A stretch of DNA of 32,000 nt from Trichodesmium erythraeum IMS101. Lineage in GTDB: Bacteria; Cyanobacteriota; Cyanobacteriia; Cyanobacteriales; Microcoleaceae. Positions 1 through 8,149 of this stretch are shown here, one piece after another; position 1 is the first letter of the stretch, and each line of letters starts with the position of its first letter. The notes beneath the pieces were generated by a model. That model saw only the letters and a list, made by a program, of their open reading frames with translations, ran no database searches and was not told where the DNA came from. The position numbers and the translations under genes are program-made. The DNA lies in assembly GCF_000014265.1 (NCBI RefSeq), contig NC_008312.1, forward strand, positions 6,180,001-6,212,000, read 5' to 3'.

Positions 1-636
1 GGCCGTTTATGCTGCTGGATGGGACTGTTGCTAATAGCTGGGTTTTCGCGGTTGTAAGTGGTTTGAACTCTGGCTAATATCTTGAGTAGGGTCTCAGGTC
101 TGCTTACCTCGGCTATGAGGTTGGGCTTTTGTTTGTTGGGATGTCTTTTTCAGATGTTTCTAATTTTTCGAGTATTATGGTTTTATTTTTACAAGTTTGG
201 TGATAGTTTGCTTGAGTTTATGGGGCTTTTTTATGTGGGAGCGATCGCTTTTTTAATATATGCCTAATTCTCAAAGAATATATGGGTATTCTCTGGGTCT
301 ATATTGTGTTCATCTGCTGCTAGATAAACTACTAATATTTTTTCTGATTTTAGATGTTGTTTTTGTCTGAGTAATTCTGTTGATTTTTTTTTTTAATGGT
401 TGGGATAAAGTTGATTAGTTATCTTTTTTTTTACTCTAATTTTTCGGCATAAGTCTACTCAAATATTTTCTTGTGTCTGTATTTTTTGACGGTCTATATC
501 AAGAGGGTGTCTTGGGGGTAATGGTTGAAATAGATGAAATGGTTTGTAGATATTTATTGGTGGTTTTTATATATTTATTTTTTGATTAATTACGAGAGTT
601 AGTATCAGATGGTAAGGCTTTTATCTGTGGTTGAAA

Positions 637-3600
637 TTAAGTTAATACTGAGTTTTTTGTCTGAGATAGTAAGGCTTTTATCTGAGGATTTTCTAATAAT
701 TTGGCTGCATCTGCTATTAGTTTATCCCCCCAAAGTTCTTTTTTCAGGCGCTTCGAGGAACCCCAACTTTTATCTGATTTTAGGGCGGCTTCAGTTGTTG
801 CTAAACTTTCTGGAATTTTACCTTTTTTATAGAGGGCAACTCCTATTGCTAATTTAGGTTCTACGAGTTGGTTATTAATTTCAGTTGCGGCTTGCCAATT
901 TTCTATTGCTTGATCTATAAAACCCATTTCATATTTAACTAAACCAAGATTAATAATAGAATATTCATCGTCTGGTTTAATTTCTAAAGCTTTTTCATAA
1001 GCAGCAACAGCCTCTTCATATCTTTCTAATTTTATCAGAGCATTGCCTTTCAAAAACCAAGCTTCGTGAAAGTCAGGTTTAATTTCTAAAGCTTTTTCAT
1101 AAGCAGCAACAGCCTCTTCATATCTTTCTAATTTTATCAGAGCATTGCCTTTCAAAAACCAAGCTTCGTGAAAGTCAGGTTTAATTTCTAAAGCTTTTTC
1201 ATAAGCAGCAACAGCCTCTTCATATCTTTCTAATTTTATCAGAGCATTGCCTTTCAAAAACCAAGCTTCGTGAAAGTCAGGTTTAATTTCTAAAGCTTTT
1301 TCATAAGCAGCAACAGCCTCTTCATATCTTTCTAATTTTATCAGAGCATTGCCTTTATTGTGCCAAGCTTCGTGAAAGTCAGGTTTAATTTCTAAAGCTT
1401 TTTCAAAAGCAGCAACAGCTTCTTCATATCTTTCTAATTTTCCCAGAGCTATGCCTTTATTGTGCCAAGCTTCGTGAAAGTCAGGTTTAATTTCTAAAGC
1501 TTTTTCATAAGCAGCAACAGCCTCTTCATATCTTTCTAAATTTCCCAGAGCATTGCCTTTCAAAAACCAAGCTTCGTGAAAGTCTGGTTTAATTTCTAAA
1601 GCTTTTTCATAAGCAGCAACAGCCTCTTCATATCTTTCTAATTTTATCAGAGCATTGCCTTTCAAAAACCAAGCTTCGTGAAAGTCAGGTTTAATTTCTA
1701 AAGCTTTTTCATAAGCAGCAACAGCCTCTTCATATCTTTCTAATTTTATCAGAGCATTGCCTTTCAAAAACCAAGCTTCGTGAAAGTCAGGTTTAATTTC
1801 TAAAGCTTTTTCATAAGCAGCAACAGCCTCTTCATATCTTTCTAATTTTATCAGAGCATTGCCTTTCAAAAACCAAGCATCGTGAAAGTCAGGTTTAATT
1901 TCTAAAGCTTTTTCATAAGCAGCAACAGCCTCTTCATATCTTTCTAATTTTATCAGAGCATTGCCTTTATTGTGCCAAGCTTCGTGAAAGTCAGGTTTAA
2001 TTTCTAAAGCTTTTTCAAAAGCAGCAACAGCCTCTTCATATCTTTCTAATTTTTCCAGAGCTATGCCTTTATTGTTCCAAGCTTCGTGAAAGTCAGGTTT
2101 AATTTCTAAAGCTTTTTCAAAAGCAGCAACAGCTTCTTCATATCTTTCTAAATTTCCCAGAGCATTGCCTTTCAAAAACCAAGCATCGTGAAAGTCAGGT
2201 TTAATTTCTAAAGCTTTTTCAAAAGCAGCAACAGCTTCTTCATATCTTTCTAATTTTATCAGAGCTATACCTTTACCATTCCAAGCATAGTGATAGTCTG
2301 GTTTAATTTCTAAAGCTTTTTCATAAGCAGCAACAGCCTCTTCATATCTTTCTAAATTTTCCAGAGCATCTCCTTTATTGTGCCAAGCATAGTGATAGTC
2401 AGGTTTAATTTCTAAAGCTTTTTCATAAGCAGCAACAGCTTCTTCATATCTTTCTAAATTTTCCAGAGCTATGCCTTTATTGTGCCAAGCTTCGTGAAAG
2501 TCAGGTTTAATTTCTAAAGCTTTTTCATAAGCAGCAACAGCCTCTTCATATCTTTCTAAATTTTCCAGAGCTATGCCTTTATTGTGCCAAGCTTCGTGAA
2601 AGTCAGGTTTAATTTCTAAAGCTTTTTCATAAGCAGCAACAGCCTCTTCATATCTTTCTAATTTTCCCAGAGCTATGCCTTTTAAAAACCAAGCTTCGTG
2701 AAAGTCAGGTTTAATTTCTAAAGCTTTTTCATAAGCAGCAACAGCCTCTTCATATCTTTCTAATTTTCCCAGAGCTATGCCTTTTAAAAACCAAGCATAG
2801 TGAAAGTCAGGTTTAATTTCTAAAGCTTTTTCATAAGCAGCAACAGCCTCTTCATATCTTTCTAAATTTCCCAGAGCATTGCCTTTATTGTGCCAAGCTT
2901 CGTGAAAGTCAGGTTTAATTTCTAAAGCTTTTTCAAAAGCAGCAACAGCCTCTTCATATCTTTCTAATTTTTCCAGAGCTATGCCTTTATTGTTCCAAGC
3001 TTCGTGAAAGTCAGGTTTAATTTCTAAAGCTTTTTCATAAGCAGCAACAGCCTCTTCATATCTTTCTAAATTTTCCAGAGCTATGCCTTTATTGTGCCAA
3101 GCTTCGTGAAAGTCAGGTTTAATTTCTAAAGCTTTTTCATAAGCAGCAACAGCCTCTTCATATCTTTCTAAATTTCCCAGAGCATTGCCTTTCAAAAACC
3201 AAGCATCGTGAAAGTCAGGTTTAATTTCTAAAGCTTTTTCAAAAGCAGCAACAGCCTCTTCATATCTTTCTAATTTTTCCAGAGCTATGCCTTTATTGTT
3301 CCAAGCTTCGTGAAAGTCAGGTTTAATTTCTAAAGCTTTTTCAAAAGCAGCAACAGCTTCTTCATATCTTTCTAATTTTTCCAGAGCTATGCCTTTATTG
3401 TTCCAAGCTTCGTGAAAGTCAGGTTTAATTTCTAAAGCTTTTTCAAAAGCAGCAACAGCTTCTTCATATCTTTCTAATTTTTCCAGAGCTATGCCTTTAT
3501 TGTTCCAAGCTTCGTGAAAGTCAGGTTTAATTTCTAAAGCTTTTTCAAAAGCAGCAACAGCTTCTTCATATCTTTCTAATTTTTCCAGAGCTATGCCTTT

Positions 3601-5721
3601 ATTGTTCCAAGCTTCGTGAAAGTCAGGTTTAATTTCTAAAGCTTTTTCAAAAGCAGCAACAGCTTCTTCATATCTTTCTAAATTTCCCAGAGCATTGCCT
3701 TTTAAAAACCAAGCATAGTGAAAGTCAGGTTTAATTTCTAAAGCTTTTTCATAAGCAGCAACAGCCTCTTCATATCTTTCTAAATTTCCCAGAGCATTGC
3801 CTTTCAAAAACCAAGCATCGTGAAAGTCAGGTTTAATTTCTAAAGCTTTTTCATAAGCAGCAACAGCCTCTTCATATCTTTCTAAATTTCCCAGAGCATT
3901 GCCTTTCAAAAACCAAGCTTCGTGAAAGTCAGGTTTAATTTCTAAAGCTTTTTCATAAGCAGCAACAGCCTCTTCATATCTTTCTAAATTTCCCAGAGCA
4001 TTGCCTTTCAAAAACCAAGCTTCGTGAAAGTCAGGTTTAATTTCTAAAGCTTTTTCATAAGCAGCAACAGCCTCTTCATATCTTTCTAAATTTCCCAGAG
4101 CATTGCCTTTCAAAAACCAAGCATCGTGAAAGTCAGGTTTAATTTCTAAAGCTTTTTCATAAGCAGCAACAGCCTCTTCATATCTTTCTAAATTTCCCAG
4201 AGCATTGCCTTTCAAAAACCAAGCATCGTGAAAGTCAGGTTTAATTTCTAAAGCTTTTTCATAAGCAGCAACAGCCTCTTCATATCTTTCTAAATTTCCC
4301 AGAGCATTGCCTTTCAAAAACCAAGCTTCGTGAAAGTCAGGTTTAATTTCTAAAGCTTTTTCATAAGCAGCAACAGCCTCTTCATATCTTTCTAAATTTC
4401 CCAGAGCATTGCCTTTCAAAAACCAAGCTTCGTGAAAGTCAGGTTTAATTTCTAAAGCTTTTTCATAAGCAGCAACAGCCTCTTCATATCTTTCTAAATT
4501 TCCCAGAGCTATGCCTTTCAAAAACCAAGCTTCGTGAAAGTCAGGTTTAATTTCTAAAGCTTTTTCATAAGCAGCAACAGCCTCTTCATATCTTTCTAAA
4601 TTTCCCAGAGCATTGCCTTTCAAAAACCAAGCTTCGTGAAAGTCAGGTTTAATTTCTAAAGCTTTTTCATAAGCAGCAACAGCCTCTTCATATCTTTCTA
4701 AATTTATCAGAGCTATGCCTTTCAAAAACCAAGCTTCGTGAAAGTCAGGTTTAATTTCTAAAGCTTTTTCATAAGCAGCAACAGCCTCTTCATATCTTTC
4801 TAAATTTATCAGAGCTATGCCTTTCAAAAACCAAGCTTCGTGAAAGTCAGGTTTAATTTCTAAAGCTTTTTCATAAGCAGCAACAGCCTCTTCATATCTT
4901 TCTAAATTTATTAGTGCACTGCCTTTATTGTTCCAAGCATTGTAATCATTTGGTTCTATTTTTAAAGCTTCATCACAAGTTAATATTGCCTCTTCATTTT
5001 GCTGCAACTTTCTATCTAGAGAAGCCTTTCTAACTAACAAATCTGCTTTTTGTCCTACAGGAAGCAAATCTTCATCAAGTAAACTTTTAATGCTCACCAA
5101 TTCAACTTTACACTCTGGCTTAGTAAACTCTATATAATCCTCTAATTTCTTTTCACGGACTTCCAAATATCCCTTATCAAAACTTTCCTGATCCATAGGA
5201 AACCGAAACAGCCCAGAACGCCAATCAAAAAAATCTGGCGCACGTTTAATCAGATAATTTATAGCAAACCTTGGCAACAGAAATACAAAGCAAATATCAA
5301 AATCATCCCTAAATCTTTCTCGCTGCTGATTCAAATTAATCAAAACCGGAGGAACACCTCTTCTGCTAATAGAAATAATCTCATTATGATCCCAACCTCT
5401 TTCCTTCATTTCATCCTCATATTGATAGAAAGAATATTCCAAACCAGTCACAAACAAAATATCAATTTCTTTCAGATTTGGTAATTCTTTGACTCGATTA
5501 TAAAAATGATAAATAGTCTTATCTAAACCCAAAACATCTGCTCTTTGCTCCGGAATATCCAGGCGAATTTTCTCCATAATTTCTGTTCCCTTTGCTCGAG
5601 AACATTCCGCAAACAATAAACTAAAACCCTCATTAAATCTAATAGTCTCTACTAAAGCTTCATATTCCTCTGTAAATGTTAACGAAAAATCCTCTTGCCA
5701 AATAATTCTTTCTCCCTTCAT
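637..5721 (-). CDS. Giant TPR-repeat protein (1694 aa): ~260-aa N-terminal non-TPR region, one divergent TPR, 39 near-identical 34-aa TPRs, ~110-aa C-terminal TPR-like cap
   Basis: Single uninterrupted ORF. The repeat AWFLKGNALGNLERYEEAVAAYEKALEIKPDFHE fits the TPR consensus (W4, G8, A20, Y/F24, A27, P32). AGGAG lies ~10 nt upstream of the ATG. The start overlaps the stop of the upstream ATPase ORF (ATGA at 5718-5721). Confidence 0.9.
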   Translation of the reverse strand: MKGERIIWQEDFSLTFTEEYEALVETIRFNEGFSLLFAECSRAKGTEIMEKIRLDIPEQRADVLGLDKTIYHFYNRVKELPNLKEIDILFVTGLEYSFYQYEDEMKERGWDHNEIISISRRGVPPVLINLNQQRERFRDDFDICFVFLLPRFAINYLIKRAPDFFDWRSGLFRFPMDQESFDKGYLEVREKKLEDYIEFTKPECKVELVSIKSLLDEDLLPVGQKADLLVRKASLDRKLQQNEEAILTCDEALKIEPNDYNAWNNKGSALINLERYEEAVAAYEKALEIKPDFHEAWFLKGIALINLERYEEAVAAYEKALEIKPDFHEAWFLKGIALINLERYEEAVAAYEKALEIKPDFHEAWFLKGNALGNLERYEEAVAAYEKALEIKPDFHEAWFLKGIALGNLERYEEAVAAYEKALEIKPDFHEAWFLKGNALGNLERYEEAVAAYEKALEIKPDFHEAWFLKGNALGNLERYEEAVAAYEKALEIKPDFHDAWFLKGNALGNLERYEEAVAAYEKALEIKPDFHDAWFLKGNALGNLERYEEAVAAYEKALEIKPDFHEAWFLKGNALGNLERYEEAVAAYEKALEIKPDFHEAWFLKGNALGNLERYEEAVAAYEKALEIKPDFHDAWFLKGNALGNLERYEEAVAAYEKALEIKPDFHYAWFLKGNALGNLERYEEAVAAFEKALEIKPDFHEAWNNKGIALEKLERYEEAVAAFEKALEIKPDFHEAWNNKGIALEKLERYEEAVAAFEKALEIKPDFHEAWNNKGIALEKLERYEEAVAAFEKALEIKPDFHEAWNNKGIALEKLERYEEAVAAFEKALEIKPDFHDAWFLKGNALGNLERYEEAVAAYEKALEIKPDFHEAWHNKGIALENLERYEEAVAAYEKALEIKPDFHEAWNNKGIALEKLERYEEAVAAFEKALEIKPDFHEAWHNKGNALGNLERYEEAVAAYEKALEIKPDFHYAWFLKGIALGKLERYEEAVAAYEKALEIKPDFHEAWFLKGIALGKLERYEEAVAAYEKALEIKPDFHEAWHNKGIALENLERYEEAVAAYEKALEIKPDFHEAWHNKGIALENLERYEEAVAAYEKALEIKPDYHYAWHNKGDALENLERYEEAVAAYEKALEIKPDYHYAWNGKGIALIKLERYEEAVAAFEKALEIKPDFHDAWFLKGNALGNLERYEEAVAAFEKALEIKPDFHEAWNNKGIALEKLERYEEAVAAFEKALEIKPDFHEAWHNKGNALIKLERYEEAVAAYEKALEIKPDFHDAWFLKGNALIKLERYEEAVAAYEKALEIKPDFHEAWFLKGNALIKLERYEEAVAAYEKALEIKPDFHEAWFLKGNALIKLERYEEAVAAYEKALEIKPDFHEAWFLKGNALGNLERYEEAVAAYEKALEIKPDFHEAWHNKGIALGKLERYEEAVAAFEKALEIKPDFHEAWHNKGNALIKLERYEEAVAAYEKALEIKPDFHEAWFLKGNALIKLERYEEAVAAYEKALEIKPDFHEAWFLKGNALIKLERYEEAVAAYEKALEIKPDFHEAWFLKGNALIKLERYEEAVAAYEKALEIKPDDEYSIINLGLVKYEMGFIDQAIENWQAATEINNQLVEPKLAIGVALYKKGKIPESLATTEAALKSDKSWGSSKRLKKELWGDKLIADAAKLLENPQIKALLSQTKNSVLT
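961..4938. repeat. Tandem array of 39 x 102-bp units (coding, inside the TPR gene)
   Basis: A 102-nt period is directly visible (e.g. ...gtgaaagtcaggtttaatttctaaagctttttcataagcagcaacagcctcttcatatctttctaa...). By eye about four-fifths of each unit is invariant across all copies. Runs of fully identical units and duplicated 4-unit blocks are present. Confidence 0.95.
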
Positions 5722-7043
5722 TTCACCAACTCCTGAAACTTTTGTAATCCTCTAATCAATGGATGAACATCATACCAAACTTGCTTTTCTCCCTTCTTAT
5801 CATAGTAAACATATTCTAGTAAACAACGATTAAATAATAAATCCCGATACTGTTGATTATTCAACACATTTTTATTACGAAAAACATTTGCCAATACTTG
5901 CCATTCTTCTTCCTGAACCGACCTTTGATAAGACACTCTTGCTTCTGTAATTGCTCTTTGTACAACCCCAGCAGATATAGGTAATTTACCTCTAGCACGC
6001 TTAATTACACTTTGCATTAAAAACATTAAATCCCGAACATGACCTCCACTCGTTAAACAAACTTTATCCAACACTTCTCCACTTTCAAACAAGTCTTTTT
6101 CTAAAGATAAATCCGACTTAACTTCCTTCACCCGCCTATCAATAATTTCCCTAACTTTAGCAACTCCTGATTCATAAACTTCCCCTTCCCGAGTCTCCAC
6201 CATAATCATCGGTAAAACTTGAGGTTCATCATATTCAACCTTCAGATTAGGAGCCTTATTAGAATAGACCATTGAAATAGGAATTGTATAAATTATATGG
6301 CAATCTAATCCCTTTAATTGGGCACTACGATCTAAAAAAATTTCATCGTGATTACTACGTCCGTCCGGCCGATCAATTGGAACAATGCGGTCTAAATTAT
6401 CCGCAATTATTACCAGTTTTGAACCAGAACCAAGCTGATTTTTAGCATCACAAATAAAAGCATTTACAGCATCAATTAAACTTTCAGTATAAGGATTCAC
6501 TCTATCTCGAATTTTTTTTCTTAGAGTAGGTTCAGCCCTAATATTTGCCGTAAGTTTTGCATACTGACTAATTTGTGATTCAACCTCCAAGTTTTCCAAA
6601 GATATTTTCGTAGTTGCTAAGTCTTTTAAATCTTCCCACCGTCCCTTTAACCAATCTAATAGTGGTTGAGGATTAGCCTTTTTTAACTTTTCTAATAAAT
6701 GTCTCGTACAAGCCAACAAAATATCAACATATTCCGTATCTTCTGGATTAATATCATTTTCATCTGCAGCAAAATAAACTACACAATATCTCTGATTTTC
6801 CAGGTATTTTTGCAGTCGTAAAAGTTCAGTTGACTTACCCCCACCTCGATGTCCGGCATAAAGTTGACAAGTATTATCATCAGAATATTCAATATTCTCA
6901 GCTAAATCTTTAATAACATCTCCATCTCCCCTAACTTCGCTACAGTCAACATATACTCGACTATCAGCTTGTAGAGGTTCAGAAGGTTTAAAAGAATTAT
7001 ATAATTTTTTCAATAAATGTCTCTGATCTGTCTGATTTTCCAT
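5718..7043 (-). CDS. P-loop NTPase (AAA+/STAND-like ATPase), 441 aa, translationally coupled to the TPR protein
   Basis: Walker A is GHRGGGKST and Walker B-like is KLVIIADNLD, followed by a helical C-terminal half. AAGGAG lies ~11 nt upstream of the ATG. The stop overlaps the start of the downstream ORF. Family assignment beyond P-loop NTPase is not resolvable by eye. Confidence 0.85.
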   Translation of the reverse strand: MENQTDQRHLLKKLYNSFKPSEPLQADSRVYVDCSEVRGDGDVIKDLAENIEYSDDNTCQLYAGHRGGGKSTELLRLQKYLENQRYCVVYFAADENDINPEDTEYVDILLACTRHLLEKLKKANPQPLLDWLKGRWEDLKDLATTKISLENLEVESQISQYAKLTANIRAEPTLRKKIRDRVNPYTESLIDAVNAFICDAKNQLGSGSKLVIIADNLDRIVPIDRPDGRSNHDEIFLDRSAQLKGLDCHIIYTIPISMVYSNKAPNLKVEYDEPQVLPMIMVETREGEVYESGVAKVREIIDRRVKEVKSDLSLEKDLFESGEVLDKVCLTSGGHVRDLMFLMQSVIKRARGKLPISAGVVQRAITEARVSYQRSVQEEEWQVLANVFRNKNVLNNQQYRDLLFNRCLLEYVYYDKKGEKQVWYDVHPLIRGLQKFQELVK

Positions 7044-7081
7044 TTATTAAAAATCTCCTTAAATTTATTTTCATCTAATAG

Positions 7082-7109
7082 TTGACTAACACAGCTAAAA
7101 TGGTATAAT
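7082..7109 (+). promoter_or_regulatory. Near-consensus sigma70-type promoter (TTGACT - 16 nt - TGG-TATAAT) pointing away from the ATPase gene
   Basis: TTGACT at 7082-7087, a 16-nt spacer ending in TGG (extended -10), and TATAAT at 7104-7109. No annotated plus-strand gene lies downstream. A transcript would run antisense into the 3' end of the 7365-7895 gene. Confidence 0.3.
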
Positions 7110-7364
7110 ACAATTAGGTATGGCTAAAAAACAAAAACAACCATAATTAAGCTTAGTTGAGTAGTATTTTACTTGACAAAAACCCTTATCAAATGTTAGG
7201 TTTATGACAAACCTTAAATGGTGCAATAAAAGTAATTAAAGTACAAAACGAAAACACAATTAAGCTTAGTTGAGTTTCACTTCCTTTGACCAAAGTCCAC
7301 ACAAAGGTTCACTTTAAATAGAAAGACTTTTTACCCGATTCAAATATCCTTCTATATTTTGATA

Positions 7365-7895
7365 TTAACTCTCTAGATTATCAATCTGATAATCTAATAA
7401 CTTTGCCACAGTTTCAGGAAATATTTTAACATCTATATTTTCATCTTCCCGTTGAGACAAAGAACGTTTAACTTCCCCCAAATAAAGAGGCTCAGAAACA
7501 CCCTCTTCTGGATGAATAATAGTTCTAACTCTAATAGTTAATTGACGATCCATACCCAAACGGCCCGGTGAAAATAAATCTCCTGCTGCCTGCTCCATAG
7601 TTGCTACTAACTCTGACTCTTTAATAGTAGGAGCAACAGCAATTACTGTTTGAGTTGCACCATTATCATAAACTAACGTATATCTAACTGCTCCTGGAAC
7701 TTCTACCCGGTTGAATAGTCCTAAACTTAAACCAAATAAACCAGCAGTTAGGACTCCCATAAAACCTGTTACTCCCACTAATCTAAATCTAAACTCCCTA
7801 TTAAAAATAAAGGCAATAATTGTCAAAATAAAAAATCCAATTGTAGCAATACCAAACCATTGAGAAGCTATGAGTAACTCTGTAGTTGATAACAT
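7365..7895 (-). CDS. Small conserved cyanobacterial membrane protein, possibly Ycf51/DUF2518-like
   Basis: 176-aa ORF with two clear N-terminal hydrophobic helices (WFGIATIGFFILTIIAFIF, VGVTGFMGVLTAGLFGLSLGLF) followed by a soluble domain. The family call is from memory of Ycf51 architecture only. Confidence 0.6.
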   Translation of the reverse strand: MLSTTELLIASQWFGIATIGFFILTIIAFIFNREFRFRLVGVTGFMGVLTAGLFGLSLGLFNRVEVPGAVRYTLVYDNGATQTVIAVAPTIKESELVATMEQAAGDLFSPGRLGMDRQLTIRVRTIIHPEEGVSEPLYLGEVKRSLSQREDENIDVKIFPETVAKLLDYQIDNLES

Positions 7896-8149
7896 TTTTT
7901 CCTTAGTAATTTTGCAGACTTACTTTTTAATTTTATAGTATAGCTTTAAGGATTAAGCTATCAGATTAAATAAAAACTATTCCTTCTCAAATACTTCAAC
8001 TCTATTAATACCTTCAGGTTAACCAACCCTTTTTTTTGTAGCGCTATAGTTAGGTGTTATAACTTATGAAACTCTCAAACTCTCTCTAGGATAACCTCTG
8101 ACTTGTAAACTGGCATATTTTGAACCGTGAATTTTGACCTCTGATCATA

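Noticed and set aside
1-267. 61-aa plus-strand ORF (82-267) and a minus-strand open frame running off the left edge
   Set aside because: The plus-strand ORF has a non-ATG start and a hydrophobic, low-complexity translation. The minus-strand frame (..ETLLKILARVQTTYNRENPAISNSPIQQHKRP) has no start codon in the window and no recognisable homology. Neither can be supported.
607-687. Direct repeat AGAT(G/A)GTAAGGCTTTTATCTG(T/A)GG at 607-630 and 664-687 spanning the TPR gene stop
   Set aside because: It is real but tiny. It looks like a short duplication of the gene's 3' end (PQIKAL..) with no evident function, so it is not reported as a finding.
609-857. 82-aa plus-strand ORF overlapping the 3' end of the TPR gene
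   Set aside because: It is antisense to a strongly supported CDS, has a low-complexity Leu-rich translation, and has no RBS. It is a shadow ORF.
961-4938. The TPR array as a CRISPR array, or as a diversity-generating-retroelement (DGR) target
   Set aside because: The units are contiguous 102-bp coding repeats with no unique spacers, all in one ORF, so this is not CRISPR. For a DGR there is no reverse transcriptase or template repeat in the window. The variants (TTTTTG/CACAAT/AACAAT, AAT/ATA/GAT/AGT) also do not fit adenine-specific mutagenesis of one template.
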